A stretch of 57,145 nucleotides of DNA, the filler included, from Sphacelaria rigidula (taxonomy: Eukaryota): NCBI GenBank assembly GCA_964200075.2. It is 2 parts of 2 records of this genome, joined end to end, with 100 filler letters (N's around TTAATTAATTAA, not from the genome) between each part and the next. Parts side by side here need not be neighbours in the genome. Positions count along the whole stretch, not along the records: positions 1 to 28,604 come from CAXNAA020000097.1; 1 more part is not named here. One strand, given 5' to 3'. Position numbers and translations under genes: made by a program. Under the pieces are notes generated by a model. It saw only the letters and a list, made by a program, of their open reading frames with translations. It was not told where the DNA came from and made no database searches. Shown here one piece after another: positions 1 through 10,464 of the stretch; position 1 is the first letter of the stretch, and every line of letters starts with the position of its first letter.

Positions 1-1246
1 TTACCAATCCAAGTTTTTTCGGCGGGCCCGGCCGTGAACCCAATATGGTATTTTTTTGACTTTTCCCCCCCCCCCCCCCCCATCTCCTGAATTTCATTTC
101 CGCAGGACTTTTTTCAGGCTCCAGAGACGTACCACGCCACCGTACGCCATACTGCACTCTCTGGTACCCCTACATCTACGCATTTGGTCAACCTTGAGCG
201 ATGGGCGTCCGTTCCCTTCAGCGCACGCCATGAGACGCGTGCTTTTTTCATCTTCACCGTTATAGTGGCATTGACCAAGGGCCGATCTTCAATAGCCTTC
301 GACTTTTGCAAGAATGGTCGTGTACCATGTTGCTATGACCTGTAGGTGAGCTAGCCATATCAGTTCGTCACAGCGTACTGCGTACCATATTTATGTACCT
401 CATCCAAATGTAGAGTTCAATTCGGTGTACACTTACCGTAGTCGTCGCTGGTGTGCCCGACATGCTCAGTGCAGCTGCGGAGACAACATGCGTCATGAAC
501 CGCTGCGATATTAGTTTGCAGCCATTTCAATGACAGATCCGTCAACCAAGCTTATCGCACGCCTTTGCCTTGTTGGGCCACACGGTACAGTACAGTACAG
601 TGCACTACAGTACACCAACACTTGCACTTGCTCTGCAATGATGCCTTCACCTGTGATGTGCCTGCAACGCCGACGTAGGATCTGCCTGGACCACCCCGTG
701 CTGTGGCCAACGTCTTACTCGCCCAGTTGTGGCTACTGAGAGATTAATACTGTTCGCTAAAACAAAAGATAGAAATAGAAGCACATCTCCACGACGACAA
801 CATGGCACCACCATCACTGAAGGTCGTACACGTGTCAAAGTCGTGTAATGATGACGGTGGTCTGTGTCGCGTAGCCTCAGATATCTGAGAATAAATTTCG
901 CCCCGTCCCCGACCGATCCGACCCGTAAACCATTATTTTCGATTTTAGAGGATTAGATACTGAAACACTGCTTCATTTGTTCATCATATCCTCCATTTAA
1001 TGAGGGAGAGTTTTAATCTCCAGCTTACTATAAACAGATTGTTGAACTAGACGTGTTGTAGCTGCTGGCATTTTCGTCTTCGAGACAGCGGGTTTGATCA
1101 ACAAAACCAGGCGAAGATAAAAGGAGCTTGGGAGCTGGTCAGTCTGGATACGCTCCCCCCAAGGCTCCCGTGCAGTTGGTTTGCCTGGAGGGCGTAAGCA
1201 CCTGTACGTTCCAGCGAACCTGAAGAAATCGACCAGGGTGGTTTGA

Positions 1247-4200
1247 ATGGCTGCATTCCTGCACAGGATGTCGACAGCCATGTACAAGTACACTCTATTC
1301 TTTGGTTCCGCAGGCGTCGGTTCGTTGATGTGCAGAGCATTCTCCGGGACTCCAGCTTTACCCTCGCGTTCTACACCCGGTCCAAGTGCTACGCTCACCT
1401 CCAAACTGGGTGTCTCGTTCACCCCAGGAGGACTACTGTTTCCATTTCATCTGGGCGTGGCAAAATCCTTGGCGAAGGAAGGCTTCTTGGCTACAGATTC
1501 TCCTCTGGCGGGTGCTTCCGCGGGGTAAGATGGATACGACATGTGGTTGACGTTCCGATGTATTGTAGTTACGGCCTTGCCACACACAGGCACGCGCGTA
1601 TTCTATAACGGAAGAAGGGCAGCTGGACGGTCTCTATGGTTGTGTGGGTAGATGCTTTCGTGGGTGTATGTTGGCATCCACTGGCCAACGAAGGGAGCCA
1701 AGCATTGATTTGTTTCGTTGACGAATTAATTTCCGCTTGCATGTACAGCACAAACTAAAGAGGAATGATTCAAGATTCAAAATACATTACATCTGTCTCT
1801 GTGCGGCGAAACTGGTCGATCTGGGCCGAAAGAGCAATCTGAACGACCTAATCTCCTGTGGCCAGGTCGCCTGACCATGTTTTTGAGGGGTAATGTGGTC
1901 ATAACACTGGGATTGAGATCACCTGGGTTTATTATGCCAAGATTTGCCGGCAATCTTCTTGTGCTTTCCAATAGCGCTTGGTAACACACATCAAACACGG
2001 CATGGGCATATTTTCAAGAATCGTGGAAAATTGATGTCGGTAATAAGGTCGTGCACATCTGTTCGCACCAGTGACACGCCAAAATATCTCACGGCAACGT
2101 CATCACAAGCGCATAAAACTGGGGACTGGTCAAGGTGATCTCGGACAATCCACCTCCACCAAAATCACCTGAACTCAAATCGCCCCCGAGAACCTATGTT
2201 CCAGATTACTGCGCATGAAAGTCGGTCTGAGGGTATGTCTTCGGACATCTTTTTTTTTTTATCAAAAATGTGTGGTTGAAAAGAAAAATTCCCAGCTGAA
2301 ATTCTTGCACCGATTATGCTCGTACCGAATCTGTCTAAACTGTTGTAGCATATGAAGCGAGGGTACTAGCACACTAATCAGTTCAAGCCTCTGCGATGTG
2401 ATATATCGTGATTTTATCTATCGTCATTTTTGTTGGTTCCACGACATATCACACCCGACTTTTGGTTTTCCAAGGCACTTTTTCGATCGAAGAATGATGT
2501 GTCACGACACGGCACTAATAGCGGGTGTCTTTCCAAAGTAAAAAAATCGATTGAAAAGCAAAGCGGCGGCATCGTGAGAATCCGATTTGATAGGTCCACG
2601 TTATTAATGTTCTTGAATTGCTTCGACGATGATGAATCACTCTTTGCGCGCGACCGGGAGGCAAAACTGGAGCAGCTTACCTTATTCGAGCGAAATCATG
2701 CGGCGGAAAGGCACGAAGGGGGACCTGCCTCTCATTTTGCGGATCACCACGCTAGATACCACCCGTTCGCAGATCCACGCAGACCCCACACAAATAGTTT
2801 CTCAGCTACCACCGCAACCCTCCAGGATACAGCAAGAATTGAATCCAGGAATATTCGCTGTAGTAGTTAGGAACCGGCGCTGTCACCTGTTCGCCATGAT
2901 GCGTTTCTTTATTGCTGGCGGAAACTTGAGCATATTCCTACATGATAAGGGTCGGTGACGGAGTTGCACGGTAGAGCGGGCGACCGAATTGCATAGACGC
3001 TCACTGACAGTACAGACAGCGCAAAACTGTACATTGTTCAAATCTTCTTCACATCCTGCTGGATGCAGATGATACAGACAGTACGGTATGTCTGGAACTA
3101 CAAGCGATGAAGTATCACTTCGCAGATTCCGCCGCTTTTGTCGCTTCTGCGTTTGCAAATTCGCTCGAACTCAAATCGCGCTCAACAAACGAATTCGATC
3201 GAAATGCTTCCACCGCACTTGAATGTTCGATCGATTTATTCCCGATAAGGCACGCCATCAGGCGAATTCTTTTTATAAACAATCAATCGCTTTTCTCAAA
3301 ATCGTTTTCGAAAAAACTGTCCGTGATTGTTCGCTGCGATATCACCACTCGAAAAAGTGCCCTTGCGATCGCCTAGCGTTGAAGGCGTCCCGGGGTAGTA
3401 GAGGGAGCAGTTGTACAAATTTCCGTTGCGTAACTCCAAAAACTGATGTAAGAAGGTTATTTCAAAATTGAACGTACCCGAAAAAGTTGTTCCGATTCCA
3501 TAGCCAAGTGGTCGGGAAATGGCACCTTTCAAAGGTCTAAACGAGACGCTGCTGCGTCGAGAGCGGCCAATCGAAGAATCCTGGACGGTTCGTACGAATA
3601 AAAAGTGATTCGACTCATATTCAACATTTGGACGAATCAATCATACGATTTGTACACAAGGTGTGACTTGTACATGTTTTGAAATCGTGATTCGTACGAC
3701 ACCACTCTGAGTGTACACATTCCCGGTTCGCGATTCGTGCGGTACACCGTCAGAAGGTACACTTGTCCTACCTTTCATTCGTATGACGTGAATCATAGAA
3801 ACATGTTTCTCACTTTCCATTCATTCAGCATGAATCACAGGCACGTTCTTAGTCTACTCTGTTGTACGTTTTCTGCTTCCCTTTTTCTTGAACGAGTGTT
3901 TTGGTTTGGTTTTGTCTTGGGTACGTCTATCATGTGACCACGGCTGGATCATGACTCCTGGGGGGTCAGTTGAAGTGCGACAATCATCCAAAATCAAATC
4001 AATCAAACTCACTTCATCGCACAAAAGCGCGAATGTTCACACTGGATTATACTCCGAAGCACTGCACACATACATATAGTATGCGTCATGAGGAAAACTT
4101 CGATTAATGTTTATCTCGCCGGTTATCGAGGGTCCCAGAAGGGCACGTGATTCCCAATGAAGGACCCTGGGACCCCCTCTAACGGGGCGAAAAAAAGCAC

Positions 4201-7200
4201 CGGTTGTCGAAAGTTTCGTAATGCATCATAGTGTATGTATGCAATTGTTCAAAGTCTAGCTCCAAGAATTGACATGAACGTTCGTGGCGGCATGAATTTC
4301 GGGTCAAAAGCGTGAACCAGTCCGTAGATACTCCATGAATTGGTTTTTCGCTTCTATGTGGTGGTTTGTGGGTAGAGCAAGTTGCATGGAGCGTACGCCT
4401 GTCCGTATATGAAGGGTGTTTGGTTGGCGCGTTGTACATGCGAGTCCGTACTTCTCGTCGAGGAAAAGGCTTGCATATGGCTACATGCATTATATAGTGT
4501 AACACTCTGTATTCCTGCGTGATGTCGACAATCATGTTCCCATAAAGTTGTCATATGGGCTTCGCTGGCGGGACCAACTCCCAGTACGAACTTGAGGAGT
4601 AAGGCACCTCCGATTGCTTCAGGACGCTTTTGCGACAATAATTGAGAAATCCGCAAACTGAAAATTCTGTGGAAGCTATTGCCTGAAATAAGGTTTCGGA
4701 TCTGGGCCCCACATAGTGTTTGTTCTTAGCGGATCAGTATTATTCGATGGAGGTCTGATGTACCGGGTGGGGGGTGCATTGGCAACGTCAGGGGGGGGGG
4801 AAGGGCAAGTTTCATACGGCAAACACTCCCATGTATATATATATGTATATTTCTTCACGATCGGCTCCCCAACCCCTTTCCTCGGTAATCAACGAGCCAC
4901 CTCAGCATCACATACCAAAGATAAGGATGGGAAACACGAAAGTGCTACTACCGTACTGTGCGCTGTCTGTAGCAAAACGGTTTGCGACCATCGTCCTTGT
5001 ATCGAAATGTGAATATTCCCCTGTACCTACACAGCCCTGTAGGCAATGATTCCCGCTCGTCGCAGCACACGCGGGTGACACGGGAGCATGCATCGGCGGT
5101 CAGGGCCTGGAAGCACTTTCAAAGGGCTATAATAGCGTTGTGGTTTGAAAGTTATGGGACCACAACTTTGCCGTTGCGAAAGCTCCCTCCAATCTGATCG
5201 TGAATATGAGGCGCCTGCACTCATACACCGTGAATCATTTGCGTCTCATATTTGTGGACAGAATGGCATAAAATCGACTGACAACATGTCGGTGCGGTGC
5301 TGTGTGTACTGTGGTGTATACTGAACCGACTGTACTGTAACGGCTGCGAGTTTTTGGAGAGCGACTTGGTGCTCTGCGTCTGCGTGAACTTGCTCCTTGG
5401 CAATGGCCTGGTATGAGTTTTGTCCCCGCGGAGCAGTTTCAAGCAGGGAGTAGAATCCTCTCTCCGATAAGTGTAGAAATGATTTTCTCCAAAAATCCTC
5501 GAAGCGGCCCCTCGCCTCCCGAAGCCCAGGCCATCAGCAGCGTCTCGGGCCTTGTAATGTCTTGGTGCAAGTTGGCGCGCGCTACGGGTCCTCTACAGCG
5601 AGAAACCGCACCTTGAAGTTGCCGTTCTCACGGTCGTGTAAACGGCTTCGAGGCTCGTCGAAGCAGGCATTTCTCCCCGGCTTGGGGATGGGGGAACATC
5701 ATGGCAAAAGAGGGAAAATGTTATGGTTGTGATTTCTCTTTTTCCTTATACGTACGAATATCAGGCCCCCGTCTAAGTATAGCGTGTAACTGCAGGAACA
5801 GATTGCTACGGTAGGTAGACTGCAAGCAATCCGGCTTCACAGTGTGCGTACAGTAGCCCATCTTGTTATTACGCATGTGTTTTGTGGAGTAATAACCACA
5901 AAATGGTATACCTTGTCGCTGTCGGTCACTTGAAGGGTACAGAGATACGCGAGTTTTTTGTCATAGTGCCGAATTCCGCTAGTTAGGTTAGGTGGTCATG
6001 TGCGTAGCCATATCGATGGTGTCATATCGACGGCAGTGATGGAAGAGTACATCGGTGGCAACAAGTACTGTACAGCAGTATCCTGGATCGATGAGTTGTT
6101 AGACAGTACAATAGAGGTGACGGCCAAGGACAGTACAATAGTGGGCGGTCTAACTATTCATTTTGAGGCAATTTGTGATTTCTTCGTAATTAGCGATTTT
6201 CTTGGGCTCTTTTTGCTTGCCACCGCTTATTACATGTGGGATCAGAAGATATTTATATCCGCTCCACATTCCAAGGGAGAAAGATCATCTGTACTCAATA
6301 TTGAGTGACTTACGGACTGACCGGTGATCGGGGGTCCTGCGACGTTTCAGCCCATATTCTTACCCTTCGGTATTTTCGGCCGATCGAGCCTGTCCCGATC
6401 ATATTTCTGAAAAATGTACAGTTTTTGTTATTTTAAATTCTGCCTACTGATTGCACTAGAGCCGGAAAACTGTGTTTCACGGTCAATAACACCCTCCTGA
6501 TGAACGGGGTATTTACTCGTTTCGCCCGATAGCACCAACTAGCACTGACTTGAGCACTGTGTTTCGAGGGAGATCTGTTTATTGTACCAAAATCTACCGA
6601 CGTTAGCAATTTCGAGTTCTATCGAAGAGTAGTACGCGAGGAAAACCCCAAAACGCCGCTGAATAGTTAGACCGCCCACCACTGTAGAGACGAACAATTG
6701 TAGAGTACAGAACAGCTCTGATGCATTAGCAACAAGTTCGCAGTTGCGCCAAGCACCCCTGCCCCACACCCCCGCCCGTCCAGTTGTTTTTTTTTCCATT
6801 TTTTTCGCTGTACATGTCTAGGAATGATTACTAGCACGTGTTTTCGGCCTAAACGACAGACCCCGGGTAATGTCAACATTTCATTCCCAAACGTGCTGAC
6901 CACGCTACCCTAAGGTGACCAAGAATGTCAACGTGTATACAAGTACCGTTTTCTGGTCACTGCTCTACTTCACACAGATGCATGTATGTACTCACAGCTT
7001 CATACATAACCCGCCCCCTTCCACTCGACCTGTTTCCGTCTGAAGATTCGGTGTAGACTTGTCCTGCTCGTGTTGTAAATCTTCACTTTTCCCGTGTTTT
7101 ATTCGGCTGTCACTTCTCCCTTCTCTCGATACCGCTGTTACAGGGCTCTCGCCGCCGCAGTTGTAGGGTGCGGCTTGGATATTGACCAGGCCGGTGAGCT

Positions 7201-10200
7201 GGCTGAAGCAGTATTCAACGAGTGCAGGGAACGTGGCGCGGCGTTTAATTTGAAGTGAGATTCCGCTGTATGGATGCGCATTATGCCAGAAACACTGCCG
7301 CCTTTCGTATTTGGCCTGCTACCTAGTACTAGCTTGCGGGGGTATATGAGCCATATCGACACTGTCTACCAAGGGTGGCGGGGAAATTCTCAATGCAAGA
7401 AGGGGCGGCCAGGTCAGCAGCGTCAATCTCTTGTTCGCCAAACCCAAGTCGTGATCGTGCTGTTTGTCAGCTGCGATGAAGCTCGTGTCTGAGACGCCTC
7501 TGCCTCTGCCCGGTGGTTTTTGCCGTATGGTTGATGCACGGAGCAAGCAGCTGTGTTCGCGAACATGGCAAACCGAAGAAGAATTTTTTGTTACTTACCC
7601 GGCGCAGTCGATGGCACTTCTTCGCCCAGTTCATGACTCGAAGTCAATGTCAGGTCTGTGAGGCCTCCCCGAGACTCCAGGAGTAGTGATCACGCAATTA
7701 CGTCAGCGTATGATGGGATCAGAGTACCCTACAAGCGTTAGCTACACGTGGGTGACTGTAACAGTCGTCCCTTCTTGTCCTCAGGGAGATCGTGGCACGA
7801 GGGCTCGACAACGCGCTGCCAGTGGACGCGCACGACATCCTCAACAATAGGACAGGGCGTGTCACTATTGGCGTGACCGAATTGCTTCCCCGACCGAAGG
7901 GAACTTTTGTGACCAAATTCACCTCCAGGGCAGACCTGATCGAGGTACTGCTTGGGTCATGGTAAGTCTTCCGTAAATAGTTGGTGGGCGACACTGTTGT
8001 AAAGAAGGTTTCGTCGCAGCTTGTGTTGTGAGTCCGCAGGCCTGCTGTGCGAAAAGGGCACGGATCTTCCAGTCAAGTATTTTCATTCCTTAATTAACTA
8101 CTCTCAACGTTGTTTATCCATCTCGAAGCCAGCTGGTTGCGAGCTGGGCTTCCTCCTGTTGTCAAATGTCAGAATCGCTTCTGAGCTCGTCGACGGGGCG
8201 TTCGTCTCTGTGCATGAGCAAGCGGTATTTTTGGCTCAGGCATTCCGGCGAATCTTGGATTTCACGCACTACGCTCGAGATGGGTTCGTTGCCTTTGGTG
8301 TAAGCATCACTGGAGCCTTTGCAATCGAAACGCAACTGCTTTCCACTAACGTTGCGCCCTTATGCCCTGTCTGCTGCGAACTAATTCTACCGTGGCGTTC
8401 TACTGTGGCGGTCTGTGATTATGGTGGCAACGTCAGTCATGTGCCTTTTTGGTTCAGTGGGGTGAGTGCTCCGCGACCGATTTCAGATAGCTTTTGGTCT
8501 GGAGGACATCGGCACCGTACTCGTAGGTACGAGTAGCTGCCCCCGTTTACGTTTAGGGAAAACTTTCTCCTAGCATGCGGCTCCCGTGCTGCATGAACCA
8601 AATATTGAGATGGGCGTGCCTGCACAGATGATATGTTTGCGCTGGCGTATCTACGTGTAGTAGTTGAGTAGATCCTGGTAGTTTTGACGTCCGTTTTGGA
8701 CCTCACACGGTCGTGTGGCGGTTGAAGAGACAACCAAGTAGACCACTGACCAGTTAGCGCTGACTGATCAGTAGTTTACTTGGTTGTCTCTTAAACCGTC
8801 ACACGAGTTAGTCGCGGGTTCGATTCCCGTCGGACGCACTTTCTTTGAAGAAAAAAGAGGAGAGAAAACCGCTGATAAAAAATTGGCCCCAAAGAGAGAA
8901 AACCTCTGTAAAAAAATGGCCCAAAAGAAAAAGGGTGGGGTACAGCCTGGTGGCTATGTTTGGGGTTGACTGCTAGGGCCAGTGCACACACTCTTGGAAT
9001 GAGTGGGGCAGACGAGTAACTCTAGGAACGGTGAAAGCGACAACACTAGAAGTCTTGTTGGCAATCGATAGAGCGCTGGCGAGGGGAGTTGCCCTCCTCG
9101 GAGTAAAGTGACGGGGATCAAACCCCCACGACTAACTTCTGTGGCTTTGAGAGACAACCAACCAGACTACTGACCAGTCTGCCAGACTGGTCAGTAGTCT
9201 AGTTGGTTGTCTCTTAAACCGCCACGTGTCTCTGCGTTGTTGAGCTCGCTGTGTATACTGTATCTTCGTCGGGATACAGAAGTGAGGAAAGTACAGTCGT
9301 GACCTGGCCAGGCATAACCGCGATCAATGTCACTTGCTGTAATACTCGGCCCTCTCGTTCCGTATCGACCGATTCATCCCCACGAAACAGCGGCCATATA
9401 TGTATGTGAGGGGAAAGCCTACTGTCGACGGGTTTTTTGCGACTCCGGTCAAGGAATTCGGTGCGCCGGGAATTGCCAGCGCCGATCAGGTTCTCCGAGT
9501 GACCGTGTTTCCTACGACAACAGTTGAAGTGCAAGCCGATCAACCTGGGGGCGTGATTTCTCCAGATCTTCTCGACAGGTAGTATCTATCGTGAACGCGT
9601 CGGGGTCTGGAAAATTCTAGCAAGAGTTGTTTCCGCAAGAGCACAGTGTTGCCGTACGACAATAGCAGCGATATTTTATGTTGTTCTCGTTGTTGGTCAT
9701 GTCTGTATGAAATTATGTGTGGTGTCGAGCGTTAACATCCGATATGCCTGTGTTGCGGGATTGAGGCGGATCGACGCAAGTTTTCCAACGAAAGGAGCCT
9801 TGAATATTTTTGTGGACATGAGATGCCGACGCGCTGTTGACATCTGTCGTTGTCGTGCAGGTACGCAAGTGGACGCTTCTTGGAGCTCCTGAACTATGCG
9901 CTCAACCCCGGGAACGAGGTTGTCACGGCTGAACTATTCGAGGCCGGATTTGAATCGGGTGCGTACGGTATTTTGAAGGAAGGCCGAAGACTGGGTTTGC
10001 GTTGGAGGGACCTAAGATTAGTCCAGTCGCCCTCATTTGGTTTTCGGTGCGTAGTAGCTTGATGTGTACAAAAGCAGTCGTACCCTCTCGCGAGTGAGCC
10101 TAGGTCATATTTTGAGTAAACAGCTCATTATGCGATCATAGCTCTACCTGCCCTGATTTGGCCAAGTAGCTCTGCAATCCGAACGTACAGGGGGGGAAGG

Positions 10201-10464
10201 GGGGGAGGGCAGGATATGGCAACTATACGCCGTCTCATTTTTTTTGTTGCTAAATGCGATTAGGACTTTGGTTCCCCGCCATGACTTTATCCCCCATTTC
10301 CAGTATAATAGTGCTCTTGATTCGTTTGGCTCGATTTTGCTGTCGCATTCATTTTGCTCGCAGGCAGCGTCTGGTGTCAAAGATATGGCGAGGCCTACAG
10401 AAGAAGACACGAGGATCGACACGGACCAAGCGACGTACCAGAACCTTCGCCTATCCCTTGTTAA
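1247..10464 (+). CDS. Patatin-like phospholipase domain protein, complete, 7 exons, ~325 aa, probable N-terminal bipartite (plastid) targeting peptide
   Basis: Exons 1247-1524, 7144-7254, 7785-7961, 8437-8461, 9391-9578, 9861-9958, 10364-10464; all introns GT-AG, phases join, total 978 nt ending in TAA. Motifs: oxyanion region GVSFTPGGLLFPFHLGV, nucleophile GASAG (GxSxG) split by intron 1, LPVDAH, FTSRADLIEVLLGSCHVPFW, catalytic Asp in VDGFF. Confidence 0.9.
3881..4007 (+). mobile_element. 5'-truncated non-LTR retroelement (LINE/SINE) 3' end with (CAAT)n-like tail, copy 1
   Basis: Core ...ccacggctggatcatgactcctggggggtcagttgaagtgcgacaatc followed by a microsatellite tail; homologous copies at 19571-19697 (+) and 20341-20460 (-). 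Confidence 0.7.
6136..6684. mobile_element. Tc1/mariner-type MITE (549 bp) in patatin intron 1
   Basis: ~25-bp TIRs CA(A/G)T(A/G)GTGGGCGGTCTAACTATTCA with 2 mismatches; TA on both sides (6134-6135 and 6685-6686); no coding capacity. Confidence 0.75.
8687..8838 (+). ncRNA. tRNA-like element (probably a tRNA-derived SINE head) with the anticodon arm replaced by a 96-nt hairpin
   Basis: Acceptor-like stem ACGTCCG (8687-8693)/CGGACGC (8831-8837) plus A; D-like arm GACC-TCACAC-GGTC; hairpin 8711-8806; T-arm GCGGG-TTCGATT-CCCGT with B-box GGTTCGATTCC; T-rich CTTTCTTT follows. No canonical anticodon loop. Confidence 0.6.
9111..9255 (-). mobile_element. Second, inverted copy of the hairpin-containing tRNA-like element
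   Basis: On the minus strand: A-box-like GAGCTCAACAACGCAGAG, the same GGCGGTTTAAGAGACAACCAA...TTGGTTGTCTC hairpin (9141-9225), then AGTTAGTC and a degenerate B-box GTGGGGGTTTGATCCCCGT. Confidence 0.6.

Noticed and set aside
100-850. Possible spliced minus-strand gene (donors near 436 and 648, acceptor near 340)
   Set aside because: Splice-like sites exist but joined frames stop quickly and no protein family is recognisable.
997-1422. 141-aa minus-strand ORF
   Set aside because: Antisense shadow of patatin exon 1.
2280-3740. ORFs 2430-2870 and neighbours as a nested gene or transposase
   Set aside because: No recognisable motifs and no termini I could define; probably decayed repeat DNA in intron 1.
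8711-9225. Two palindromic repeats as a CRISPR array or a functional tRNA gene
   Set aside because: Only two, inverted, ~90-bp copies with no spacer series and no cas genes; no canonical 7-nt anticodon loop or standard intron position.
1247-10464. Link to sex-determining regions, since I recall a patatin-domain gene in a brown algal female SDR
   Set aside because: Nothing in the sequence shows orthology or sex linkage; it needs a phylogeny and male/female read coverage.
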